Source of the DNA: Squalus acanthias
Taxonomy: Eukaryota
Direction: 5' to 3'
NCBI GenBank assembly: GCA_030390025.1
Contig: CM059433.1
Span: 4,526,001 to 4,590,000 of the forward strand
Length of the DNA: 64,000 bases
Shown in pieces: positions 39,667 through 52,076 of the stretch; position 1 is the first letter of the stretch; each line of letters begins with the position of its first letter. The notes beneath the pieces were generated by a model that saw only the letters and a program-made list of their open reading frames with translations, did not search any database and was not told the DNA's origin. Position numbers and translations under genes: made by a program.

Positions 39667-39871
39667 AGAACATAAGAAATAAGAGCAGGAATGGGCCACT
39701 TGGCCCCTCGAGCCTGCTCCGCCATTCAATAAGATCATGGCTGATCTTGGGCTCAAAGCCACTTCCCCGCCTGCTCCCCATAACCCTTCACTCCCTTATC
39801 TTGCAAAAATCTGTCCATCTCCACCTTAAATGTATTTAATGACCCAGCCTCCACGGCTCTCTGGGACAGAG
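39667..39871 (-). mobile_element. CR1 3' end
   Basis: Near-identical to 32531-32737. Confidence 0.88.
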
Positions 39872-41297
39872 ACGTTTGCCCACACAGTTGTGCATTTCAC
39901 ATGATCGTAATTCAGTCCCATTAAACAAGATATGGTTATGACTGACTAAAGGCTGGTATTCACAGCACAGCCAGTAGGGGACGATATTCACAGCCTAGCC
40001 ACTGAAGGATGGCCTGTGCAGCCGAGACACCACTGACAACCGGCACTGGTGGAGGGGAGGGGAGGGGTGGGGCAGGCGAGATTGGGGGAATGCTAATCAA
40101 AGGCAATAAAACAGGAAGGTCACATCTTACAAAACAAAAATAAAAACTGGTTTTCCCTTCCTCTAACATGTATTTACTTCCAGGCAATTTAACAGAGAGT
40201 GACGGCCAAAGAGCTTCCTCCATCGACTTTGAAAGTACAGTTTGTTCTTTTTGGAGGAGCTTACCTTCGAACAAATTGAACCTATATAAATAGATAAATC
40301 ATAATTCAATCTATCCTAATGGATTAGTTATATTCTAGCAGTATGGACGCTCCAAGGCAGAATGTAAATTTGGTAGATTGTCCATCCATGATCACCACGT
40401 TCATAACCCACTTGTAACCACTCAGGTTTTAATTTGCAAAACAGTTTACAGGATGCTAGAACAATATTGTTTAATATTTAGTGCTTAGACACAAGTGGAG
40501 CGAAGTCGCTGAATCGGGACCATCGGAACGCTCTCAAAAATTAATTTGATAAAAAAAATCTAGTGTTGATGACTATTAACAAGATTATTCGCTGTCTCAC
40601 AAGTTGGGCTTTAACTGATAAAATATACAATGTGGGATATAAAGATTTAAAGAGTTTTTCTTAACTTAATTTCATTTCATTGTGTTGAAACTAATTGAAA
40701 TAGATCCTGATTGTGGGTACCTTTTACCATGTCCAATCGGTTTTTGACTTAAATTGTTAATATTGTTATAGCACTCCTAATTACAATGTATGATTTTACT
40801 GGACACAAACATATTAAAGCTCATAAAAGGTATCACATTTGTAAGCCTTCCCCTTATAAACCTGCACAAAATACAGTGAAAAGTACAAAACGTATTTTGT
40901 ATAAGTTGTCTGAGGTATTATGCCAATGACCATTCCACATAGCTGAACAACCACAGCAATTACAAATCCTCAAATAATTATATAAGGTGAACTTATATTA
41001 ATTTTTAACTGTATGATCATGCTCATAAGGTAACATTCACTGCTACAATTTGTGGCCTTTTCATATATATATATATATATACATACACACACACTTAAAA
41101 TTCTGGCCCAACCTATTTGAGTCTGTGGGCTACCAATTAGGCTCAAAAAGCCATTAACACTTCATGAAAAGCTTCACTCCAGATGGGACTCAGGAATGAA
41201 AAAAACTTTATCGAACAAATGCATTTCTAAATTAGTACTGAGAAGCTTGACAAAGGCCATTTTACCAGCTGTGATTTTACAGCAATGTCTAAAATAA

Positions 41298-41620
41298 GGG
41301 AGGATATTTCCCCTGGCTGGGGGGTCTAGAACGAGGGGTCACAGTCTCAGGATACGGGGTAGGACATTTAGGACTGAGATGAGGAGAAATTTCTTCACTC
41401 AGTGGGTGGTGAACCTGTGGAATTCTCTACCACAGAAGGCTGTGGAGGCCAAGTCACTGAATATATTTAAGAAGGAGATAGATTTCTAGACACAAAAGGC
41501 ATCAAGGGGTATGGGGAGAGAGCGGGAATATGGTATTGAGATAGAGGATCAGCCATGATCATATTGAATGGCGGAGCAGGATCGAAGGGCCGAATGGCCT
41601 ACTCCTGCTCCTATTTTTCT
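41298..41620 (+). mobile_element. CR1 3' end
   Basis: Sister of 61254-61704; ends ~40 nt from a GREB1 donor site. Confidence 0.88.
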
Positions 41621-41661
41621 ATAATACAAAAGAAATTCACAAGGATTACTTTTAAACATAC

Positions 41662-41866
41662 CAACTCCAGAGTTGTTGAAGATGCTGGGCAGGACGAGCA
41701 TGATGTGGTTTGGCCAATATTTCTTGTACACTGCCATCTCATACTCCTTGATAACTAGCACATGCAAATGGCTCGCACCATCCATAGCGTGATACAGGTT
41801 GAAGAGACCATGTTCATGACGTCCAGTTGTAGGTGTAAAGACTGGGCTCTTTATGTAGTCTGGATT
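41662..41866 (-). CDS. GREB1: GREB1 exon ([38 protein letters not shown]...[19 protein letters not shown])
   Basis: Within ORF 41549..41875; ccAG and GTATG junctions; 205 nt, phase 0 to 1; [12 protein letters not shown] is GREB1-type. Confidence 0.96.
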
Positions 41867-43691
41867 CTGGGACAAAGCAGATGTTTTAAATTGTCATGCT
41901 GTGATTCAATAAATTTAATTACAGGAATGTTAAACTACTGGAATGTGATGAGAAATGAAATTAGCATTTTGAAGCAGCAAAGGATTTTTGTAAACTTTTC
42001 TTTGGTCTAGACTTTGTGCAGCTGATTAGTAGGGGCAAGAATAAAACTTTCTCTTCAATTCATCTTCACAAGCGCACAATCTGAGAAACTTCCAAATCTC
42101 ATCCTCACATCTATCCTCACCTCATCGGGTAAGGTGAAACAGCTACACACACTCACCACTGCACTTTGAGACAAGAAACACACACATCACTAGACCAATC
42201 GTCCCACCAACACCACCAGGGATGATGTTCACATACTCTACAAATAGACTATGAGGGACTGAAGTTTGTACATTCCAACTAGGTTACTAAGAGATATGGA
42301 CACAGTCACTTCCCCCATGTAACATCACCACGGACTCATTTAAACAAAATCTTTATACATCCAGCGATCCAAGTGCAGAACCCACCCATCTACTTTCCCT
42401 CTCCACATACACACTAGTCCAGCAAGAAATGGATTTCTTTCACCCCTCCACTTCCCCCACATTCATATATACACTAATACCAACCGCTTGCATCTGTGGC
42501 CCAGCAATAAACAATGTGTGCTACCTGCAATATTGTGAAATTGACAATGAAACTGGTCAAATGATGGCATGCATCTGCAAAGGGATTTTTTTTCCCCCTT
42601 CTGCGGTTTTGGAGTTCCAATCTTTAAATGGATCAGTCAACCCAAACCCAAAGTTGAACAAAATTCATGTATTTTCAAATAAACACAAAGCAATCCATTC
42701 ATTTCAAGTTTGGAAATTAGTTTCGATCTCACCGATACCTATTACACAAACTGTGTAACCATAAACAGAAGTGAACAACAGCAAAGAGGTTTGACCAGCC
42801 ACAGGAAAGGTCTAATAGGTTTTATTCGGCAATAAGGATCCCTGTACTTAAAATCCCACTGTATCAAACTGCTTTCAGTTTGTGTGGACGGGGGTGGAGG
42901 GAAGTTCGGGAAGGAAAGGGAAGTCATTTCCCAGAAATGGTGAAATTATGGCAGATGTCCTGTGGTAATGATATACAAGCGTATCAGCTGCTCCCAGGTC
43001 TTTTCCACTGGAGGAACCGAGACTATAACTATATAATCAATTTTAATGACACGGACCATTTCTCCCTTGTAAAGGTCGTCGTTATTAAAAAAAAAATCTC
43101 CAGTTTTACAGGATTCCTGTCTGATTGCAACACTTATGCTTTTCCGTTCCACTGAAGAAATGGAATTACAGGTAACATCCACTTAAATTGGCCCTTGTGA
43201 GTGCTACAAAAAAGATTCCTCGCCAGCCGTTAGCCGTCCCTTCCCACTCTGTTCTTTGCTGGCCCACCCTTCTCCACAAGCCACTTCACAGGGGTTAGGT
43301 CCCTAGTACTTGTGGAAAACTAGAATTGAAACCAATAGTCTGAGGGCAAACACCGTTAAAACTGGCACAGAGTGAAACTACATTTACATGTCCGACAGGG
43401 AAACAGCATTTGCCTCGAACCCAACAGTGGAAACCAAAGCCTAAACACTTCACCTTTTGGGTATTCTACGAAAAACATGGTCGAATTCGCCTCAATCCGC
43501 ACTCATTACTCTCAGTCTCCTCTACAGAAGCTAGAACACATTTATTAAACTGCCTGCGAATGTTAGTAAGAGGTAGTAAATTATAAAAATGTCTAATTAT
43601 TCCCGTTAGATCAGGCATCCCTTCATCATAACCACAACAAATGGCAGTAAAATTGTTGTTTTAATGTGACGATCGCGTGGTATTTTCCCAC

Positions 43692-43853
43692 CTTGTCAAT
43701 AACAAGTGGCAACCTCATACTTTCCAGCTGGCCGCCAGGTTGACTGAAAATAAAATGATGTTCCTTTGATTTGGGAATAATAAAGTGGAGCTGGACTTCC
43801 TCTCCCAACATGGAGCAGGAAAAGGTGAAGGCATGGAGTGTGGCATCATATGG
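43692..43853 (-). CDS. GREB1: GREB1 exon ([54 protein letters not shown])
   Basis: Overlaps ORF 43626..43811; gttAG and GTGGG junctions; 162 nt, phase 0 to 0. Confidence 0.95.
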
Positions 43854-44097
43854 CTAACAGAAAACAAACAAAAGAGTGAAATTAGTTCTGAATGCATTTT
43901 GCCTTGCAGAAGAAGTATTTCTTTACTGTGCTTTACATCTGTCTTTCTGAAGAACTGCAAAAATGATCAAACGAGAGATTCTATCTGCACGTTAAGAATC
44001 AGGAAGTGCCGAATTCTATTCTCTACAGGTGTTTACGCAGCACACAGTACAAAATGATGTGGCGTTGCGCACTGTACCCGTGACAGCTTATAGCAGA

Positions 44098-44200
44098 TCA
44101 GACAAAAGGCCATCCACCTGAAACGTTAACTCTGCTTCTCTCTCTCTGCTGATGCTGCCTGACCTGCTGAGCGTTTCCAGCATTTTCTGTTTTTATTCCA
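44098..44200 (+). mobile_element. Penelope-like terminal-repeat fragment
   Basis: ACCTGAAACGTTAACTCTG..GATGCTGCCTGACCTGCTGAG; hammerhead core degenerate. Confidence 0.6.
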
Positions 44201-45128
44201 GTTTATATCATTCCACTTGCTAGTTTCCAGCACGTTGTGTCAGATCTCGTGATTAGGTGTCAGGCACAGTTTGAGCGGAATACAGTGGAATCTGGACCTT
44301 AATAGTTGTCAGAACTGACTTAAGCTAATTCATTGCTTTTTTTATTTTATGTAATACACAGTTGCGTATATATATATATATCTTATCTTTTACCCCATCC
44401 ACACGCCAATTACATATGTAATTACATCTGTGTCACTAACCACCCGTACATGGTTAAGTAATAATAGAAATAAATCCGAAATGTATCAGGCCAATTTTCT
44501 GCCTGCACACTGCTGATGCGGTGCCTTGCCCACTGGGAGTGCAGATCGGGAAATCATAACTACGCTCCCCACAATTTTCCATCCGTTAATAAATAGATCA
44601 GTATCAGAAACATATAGAATATGCAGCAGAATATACACAAATAAATAGATTACAAATTAAAGAAGAATTTATTCATAACCTCAGTGAATTATATTGCATT
44701 GTAATACCTGAAAATATAAACTTGTGACAAATTCCAGTCTTTAAAGTACAATTAGTAATATTCCGACTAAGGACACTCAGTAATATATTCATTCATTGTT
44801 AAGTATGTAATGCAGCAAAAATTTAATTTTTGTCCATAGTTTCTTTTTTCCACCATGTCTCTTAGTTTAACTTAGTTTTCAAATGCCACATTTAAAATGG
44901 AAGCTTTACATTTAGTGAAAACTCAATTTCCATTGGAAGAGACAAAATATCCTTGATTTGCAAACAGTTTGTTTGCAAAACTTGTCAAGCGTGAATGTTC
45001 ACTGGAAACAATCATGGTAATCCTATCCACAAGTTTAACTTGTCCCGATTCAAAATGGGCCAATTAAGTTGATGGTGCTTTGAACCCAGTGTCAATGAGA
45101 CGTGTGAAATGGTCCATCCACAGAGATT

Positions 45129-45765
45129 GGGCTGGATTTTACAAACCTCGGCGGGTCCGTGGCCGGCGATGTCGGTGTCGGGTCCCGACCCCGCTGCTGT
45201 CTCCATCCCGGCCTTGGAAACGAATTTCCCCTGATTGGGCTTGTTAAGCCCCGCCCAGCGTGTTGCCCGGCCAATTAGAGGAAGCGGGTCTGGTGACGTC
45301 ATTTGACGATGCGTCATCAGCCGGTTTCCTTAAAGGGACCACGGCCAACTTTAATTTGACATTTGTGCTGTCAGTGTTCTACAGCATTGAGGTGCTGCAA
45401 ACACTGACAATGACTGCACAGAGCTGCACCCAGGCTCTGCCATTTCTCCTTCCATATGCTTATGGAGGGAGTCGCAGCACACAGGGAGGTCCTCTTCCCT
45501 TCCCATGGGTGGAAGAGACCTCCCTAGGAGATCAACACAGCCTGGTTGCACATTGCAGAAAAAGGCACAAGCAGGGATGTGGTCGGGAGGACCTGGGTGC
45601 AGTGCCACAAATGTTTCAATGATCTCAGTAGATCAGGAAACGTTAGTACAAAGCCACACTCAACCTCAGCCTGCTGTGCCTCTCATCACATCCCCATCAC
45701 TCTGCCTTCTCTACCCTACTCCTGCACATCCTTACTCACACCAACTTACCTTGCACCTCCACCCA
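45129..45765 (+). mobile_element. Harbinger-like remnant with Myb/SANT-like ORF relic
   Basis: Starts ATT|GGGCTGGATTTT; broken frames REVLFPS...WLHIAE...RTWVQCHKCFNDL. Confidence 0.65.
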
Positions 45766-46004
45766 TAGTAGTGGAACTCGTATGTACTATCTGGTAGCAA
45801 TGGGGGGCGTACTATGCCAACTTACTTTGCGCATCTGTTTTGGTTCATGCGGAGCGAGAGCTTGCTTATGGAACTAGACTTTTTTACTTTGGGCACAAAG
45901 AAGATAGTTTGTAGAATGAGCTCAAATCATTGCATATGCCTTTACTCTTTGGATCTCTAAACCACAGTGTTGTTGCTTAATTGTCATCCTAGCCACATGC
46001 ATAC

Positions 46005-46147
46005 CTGGCATCTGGGATTGAAACCCATGTATTCATGGCACTGCTCACAGTGGTGGTATGTGTTATATGCAGCATATTTGGACAACCTCATTCGTGTTGT
46101 ATGGCGTCGCAGATAGATGTCATCTTCTTTCTTATTGGCTTTATATC
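46005..46147 (-). CDS. GREB1: GREB1 exon (YKANKKEDDIYLRRHTTRMRLSKYAAYNTYHHCEQCHEYMGFNPRCQ)
   Basis: Hand translation; acAG and GTATG junctions; 143 nt, phase 1 to 0; RMRLSKYAAYNTYHHCEQC is conserved in the family. Not in the ORF track. Confidence 0.94.
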
Positions 46148-47801
46148 CTGTTAAGTTAGGGAACTTTGGTCAGCAACTGGCAGAAACATACAAGGATAGA
46201 TTTTACTAACTTGTGCTCAGAGTATGGAGCTGAGTACAGTGGGAGGGCACACTTCCATCTATTCATTTAACAAACAGAAAATCCTGTGCAGTCCGCTGAC
46301 CCAAATTCTGGATTCCCACCCCTAGCAGGGAAAGCTCCACTCTGGGAACGCAAATTCATGGAACAATCTATACACTTACAATAGTATAAAACTGGGCCAG
46401 GAAGCCAAGGTCTGGATGAAAATTGGCAAGAAGAGGATGTTTAGGCCATGTAGCTTAACTTTCTATAATCCTGACCTGACCCTTGGGTCCACTAGCTCAC
46501 AGTGAAGTACCAGTGTCTACTCCAATCTTATAACATTAACTTTCTGCATCTCATCTTGCATTTAAGTGACATTGCCAGTTTTGGGTTTATAACTGGTAAT
46601 TCCAACCTGTTGGAACTGGACCGACATCCTCTCTCCCTGCGTCCAAGGCATTTCAGGCAAGCACAGAACATGCACTTGTGTTCTGCACTCCATGAGGCTG
46701 ATCTTCCTCTCCTGGCACTAACTGGGCGGGTGCAGCGCACGAGACAGTGCATTGATTTTCCAGCCAGCCCTCACCAGCATGGAGTGGGAAGGCGTCAACA
46801 CTGGTAGAGGTGCTCTACTGGGTGAGATTAAGAAACTAAGAGGAAGTGCCAGCACTTAAAGGGCAGGTCAACTGGAAGACCCAGGAGAGACCCAGAAGAT
46901 TTTCTAATTTGAAAGGGTGGGATTTTTATTGTGCCAGCTTCTGATTCAGTCGAAGTTTTTAAGATAAGTTTTGCTGACCAGAAGCTATGATTTGCATGCC
47001 AGTGGTCCTCCTATTTATTTAAAGCTTCCATCACTTGTGAATGAGTTTGAGAGTCTGTGCCATGGCTGGAACAGCAGCAGCACCTAAACAGTGGTCCAGG
47101 TACTTCTGCAATCGAGCACCACTCTACTGCCGACCTGTATCCCCCCCCGACCTCCGCCCCCCCCACACCCAACCCCCGCTGGTCTCTCCTTGCCCGCTTG
47201 TTGCATGTAAATGACAGCGGGGAGGTGGGGTCAAAGCCTCCTGCACATCCACCCACGTTGCTGCCACTACCCGGGGCTACAACGGGGGAGGTCGGGGTAA
47301 GTCCCGGGAAGCAGTGGAATCAGCCGGAGGTGCTCCATGGAGCCTAAACAATAACTGAGCAGAGGAACACCACCCCCGGACCTCCTTAACATCCCCCCCT
47401 GCCCCCAACATCTGCCCATGAATCACCCCCAACCCCCCCGAGCTGTAACTAGCCTTGTGGCAACTGCGAGTAGGTACCAGCATTCTACAATGTACTGCTA
47501 TGTACTCTACTGTGTACTCACCTGCTAAACCATCTTGCTTCAAACTATCATTTTAACAAGCTAACTGAAAAGAAATAAAATGATACCCCGCAGATGTACA
47601 TTTCACCCTCCCCGTGTTACCCTTACTTATTGCCACGGAAATTATCCTCCAGGATGTATTTTCAAAGCATTTTGCGCACAGTACCCTTGCCTCTCATCAA
47701 ACAGTGGCCTTCGGTCATTCCTTCAGCTTCTCTCTCTCTATATGGAACAGTTTTTTTGCTGGCTGCACACTGACAGAATTGAAAATAATGAAATGATTGA
47801 C

Positions 47802-47948
47802 CTTTGTTACTTGCAAGGTCCCTGGAATAAACTGGACTTGCATCTTCATACTTTGGATCATGAACGGTGGAGTCAAACAGCAATTTACTGAAAGTCTCCA
47901 AATCCGGCCACAGTAAGCTCGGTTGTGGGGCAGAATCTTCTTTGGCTT
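47802..47948 (-). CDS. GREB1: GREB1 exon (AKEDSAPQPSLLWPDLETFSKLLFDSTVHDPKYEDASPVYSRDLASNK)
   Basis: Within ORF 47662..48075; polyT-AG acceptor, GTCAA donor; 147 nt, phase 1 to 1; WPDLE..HDPKYEDAS motif. Confidence 0.9.
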
Positions 47949-48393
47949 CTAAAAAAAAGCAAATGGAAATAAGGAAACGAGATTTTGAGTTCATCCATTC
48001 GATTCTGCTGCTGCGCATTTCCAGTAAAAAAAGATTGTCTTCTGTGCGTAAATGTTTAGCGTCGTAAAACCGCAAGAAAATTTGATTTCAGGAGGTATTA
48101 CTGTGATTTCCTCAATTCATATTGAAACAACCTCGGGTAGCAGAACAAGATCAGCATTATCTCCTGACAAGCTGATAACATCAACATTATTTCCCATTAA
48201 GTTAATGATTTATAACCTTTCTGGGTTTATAATGGCCGTTACACCCTTATTGGTTTGAGAAATTAACAGTGAAAGTACAAAAGCTTTAAATATGGCATAA
48301 CAGGTGGATGGTGGTGAGCTACAAGATGGTAATATAACTGAGGAATCTACTGACATTGTGCGCCAAATTACAGTCTTATACCTTCTAGTCTTC

Positions 48394-49202
48394 TGGAATT
48401 TAATACAGAGGAGTGTGAGGTGATGCATTTTGGCAGAAGGAACAGGGAGAGGCAATATACACTTAATGGCACAGTTTTAAAGAGTGTGCAGGGACAGAGG
48501 GACCTGGGAGTTAATATGCATAGGTCCCTGAAGGTGGCGGGACATATTGAGAGAGTGGTTAACAAAGCATATGGGATCTTGGGCTTCATAAATAGAGGTA
48601 TTGAGTACAAAAGTAGAGAAGTTATGCTGAATCTTTATAAAGCGCTGGTTAGGCCACAACTGGAGTATTGCGTCCAGTTCTGGTCACCACACTTTAGGAA
48701 GGATGCGAAGGCCCTTGAGAGGGTGCAGAGGAGATTTACCAGAATGGTTCCGGGGATGTGGGATCTTGGCTACAAGGACAGGTTGGAGAAGCTGGATTTG
48801 TTTTCATTAGAGCAAAGGAGGTTGAGGGGTGATTTGATAGAGGTGTACAAGATTATGACAGGTTTGGATAGGCTAGACGGGGAAAGGCTGTTCCCACTAG
48901 TTGATGGTACAAGGACTAGGGGAGACAGATTTAAGGTTTTGGGCAAGAGATACAGGGGGAATGTGAGAAAAAACTTTTTTACGCAGCAAGTGGTGAGGAC
49001 CTGGAACTCGCTGCCGACGGAAGTGGTGGAAGCGGAGACACTCAATGTTTTCAAGGGGAGACTGGATAGGCACTTGAGGGAAATAAACTTGCAGGGCTAC
49101 GGGGATAGAGCGGGGGAATGGGACTGACTGGATTGCTCTACAGAGAGCCGGCAGGGACTCGATGGGCCGAATGGCCTCCTTCTGTGCCGTTATGGCTCTA
49201 TG
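48394..49202 (+). mobile_element. CR1 LINE 3' portion
   Basis: ORF 48420..49127, open RT C-terminus, CTCTATG tail. Confidence 0.93.
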
Positions 49203-50196
49203 GGGCAGAAATTCGGTTTGTTTAGCACCTCCAGTTAGCGCCTCCAGGGGGCGCTAGGAACTTAGCATCCCCCGGAGTCGCTAACCAACCGAACTTTTGC
49301 CCCATAGAGTCATAACGGCACAGAAGGAGGCCATCCGGCCCATCGAGCCCGTGCCGGCTCTCTGTAGAGCAATCCAGTCAGTCCCATTCCCCCGCTCTAT
49401 CCCTGTAGCCCTGCAAGTTTATTTCCCTCAAGTGCCTATCCAGTCTCCCCTTGTAACCATTGAGAGTCTCCGCTTCCACCACTTTCGTCGGCAGCGAGTT
49501 CCAGGTCCTCACCACTTGCTGCGATTTTAGCACCGCTCGCGAAATTGACCAGTCAGTTTGCAGCAGCGCTAAACACTCCCGCCACGATCTCCTGCGCCCG
49601 CAGATCGTGACGTCAGTCGAGCGTGCAACGTCCCGGACCGGATATTGAGTCACGCCCCCTGCCTTAGCGCCTGCCGCTAGGAACGACAGGTAGAGGGGAG
49701 CGTTTTCAAGTCGGGAAGGGGCTGGGGGAGCGCTATTTAAAGGCGGGCAATTCCTGCCTTTTCTTGTCGGCAACATTTTTGGTTTAGCGCTGTCCTAAGG
49801 AGTTTTGGCCCTCGGCACCACTTTTGAGGTTCCTAAGTGCCGAGCTCTTTCCCTGGGCCTATCCATTAGTGCTTCCAACACAACACAATTGCTTTCAAGG
49901 TCTCTCCAGGCCGAGATTCAAGGCTGCAATGAGCAGGGAGTGGCTGGCCAGCAACATGGCCCCTCCCCTTTAAGAACTGGACGGCGCCAGTCTGTCTGGC
50001 TTCCATGGTAACGGACATCGCCTGAGCTTCGGTAGCGTTCTGAGGTAGCGCCTCGCTTCCCGACGTTAGCGCCTTAAGAGAGGTGTGTAGCGCCTGATTT
50101 AGCGCTCAAATCACCTCCAGGGGTGATAGAGGACGAATTTTGCAGTTGGAGGCGATAATTAGCGCCCTAAAATGGGCGATACCCAATTTTCCCCCC
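49203..50196. mobile_element. GC-rich TIR element containing an inverted CR1 tail
   Basis: GGGCAGAAATTCGGT ... ACCCAATTTTCCCCCC; TAGCGC motifs. Confidence 0.6.
49303..49523 (-). mobile_element. CR1 3' end, inverted copy of 48982-49202
   Basis: Gap-free reverse complement with ~9 mismatches in 221 nt. Confidence 0.93.
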
Positions 50197-50598
50197 TTAG
50201 ACTCTCATATTATTTTTCCTGTAATCATTCAAAGAAGCTTGTTATTATGTCCACCATTACTAACTTCCACTGTGCACCGACAGACTAGAGCAAGGAGCTG
50301 TCAACAACTGCCATGATGTAAAAAACAGCTCATAATAGGATAAAACCATCCAGAGAACTGAACATTAAAGATATATAGAAGATAAAGGCAGATTTTTTTT
50401 TACTGTCTTCAAACCTAAAACTTCCAGCTCTGAGCTCTCACATGATGGTTACAAATTGCTCTATTAACGCTTGTGTTTTATTACATCTTCTGAGCCCTCA
50501 AGCAGGTCACGGCCTTGTAACCAGCCTCCGTTTCCATTATCCTCCATTGTTTTCAAATTACGCTGTGGGCTTAATGCAGGTAATTATGAACCGTTAAT

Positions 50599-50730
50599 GG
50601 GGGCAATTTTGACTTTGTGTGGTAGTTTAAAACGGGCGACATTGAATCAACAGTCCATTTTACATCTCTACTGATTTTTTATTTAAAACGGGCTGCCAAT
50701 TCGCTATCGCACAAAGTCAAAATGACCCCC
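50599..50730. mobile_element. 132-bp MITE with AAT TSD
   Basis: GGGGGCAATTTTGACTTTGTG ... CACAAAGTCAAAATGACCCCC; AAT on both sides. Confidence 0.85.
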
Positions 50731-51836
50731 AATCGATGTTCCCTTTAAACCGTGAGGCCACACAGCGATCTGGAACTCCCGCGCAGCTGGCTTTCAAATC
50801 GGAAAAAAAACGCGCTTGCGTGGGAATTTCAATGGTACGTTAAAGGGGCCGCGCACCCGAAAAAAAATTAAAGGGGACACTGCCCCCAATGCGTTCATAC
50901 GAAATTCCTTCTTCACCCCAACTCAGTTTTCATGACTGGGTCTGGTTCGGGCGCGCATTGCGGCCGCCTCCACGCCTGAAACCGGGCTCCGACGAATATC
51001 TACCCCCTCGTGGTCATAAAAAAAATCAGTCTCAGGGAATAAGAAGGGGTCGGAATGAGTTTTGGGTCTATGTTTCATTCTTTTCCACACATTACAACAG
51101 CGACTACACTCCAAAAAAGTACTTCATTGGCTGTAAAGCGCTTTGAGACGTCCGGTGGTCGTGAAAGGCGCTATAGAAATGCAAGTCTTACTTTGTAAAT
51201 AGTTGAAGAATTACTAAACACAGCCAGCTATGCCACCTATCATTTTTTTTCTCTGTGGGTATAAGCTGTGTATTCAGCAAAGTTGGATGTTATAAACAGG
51301 ATCGGATCATGAAATTGTAACAAATTATTAAATACAAGTGAATCTCCTGAGGTGTCGTTCATGAAAAGCCAAATATACTGGGCAAAACTTTCAACATCGG
51401 CAGGGGCATAAAGCGACAGGAATCGGATCAGGCTTAAGGAAAACCGGGCCAAGTGTATAAAGGGAGGACCATCTGGTAGCGGCTGTTTCCCCCCCCCCCC
51501 CCCCCCTCCAAAGTTGAAAGTTTCGCCCACTATTTTATAAGGACCACGTAGTACCATGTAACCCAGATGTACTATTCGGCTTCTAATGTGAAGCTGATTT
51601 TCTGGTTTTTTTTTTAAACGTGTTAATGCTAAGGTCACTGAGAGGATACAGACGTTCTGGCTTCTGTGTCAAATAACTGTCTTTGTTTCTTTATTTTTAA
51701 AGTGTGACACAGGAATTTTGAAACTTTAACTGTGACAGACAAGAAATGCATGCTATAAATAGTATTTTTATAATATTATAGATAGATGTTTGAAGATAAT
51801 GCCAGGATCTACATTAAGTATAAAATAAGCACTTAC

Positions 51837-51939
51837 TGTGGTTAATTTCTTCTTCATCATAAACATCGACCTCCATCAGTCGAATCAACATCCTCGACAG
51901 AATACTGAGGAACTGTAGATAAGCTCCTGTCTTCCCCAC
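51837..51939 (-). CDS. GREB1: GREB1 exon ([34 protein letters not shown]); most 5' exon found
   Basis: Within ORF 51814..52065; ctcAG and GTAAGT junctions; 103 nt, phase 0 to 1. Confidence 0.95.
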
Positions 51940-52076
51940 CTGAGAACAAAGACATACATTAAGGGACAAAGCACGTTTACAAAAAACACTCCTCATAAAA
52001 CTATTATCTTCCACGCCCGATGGACCACAAAACAATAGGGAGCAAAATATGCCGGGAAAAGGCACATGACTACATG

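Noticed and set aside
48420..49127. Active LINE or host gene from long RT-like ORFs (also 52905..53732, 427..1098)
   Set aside because: All are 5'-truncated fragments lacking ORF1 and the endonuclease domain.
15273..51939. GREB1L assignment
   Set aside because: [21 protein letters not shown] and QYNQNR match my recall of GREB1 better; needs a tree to be final.
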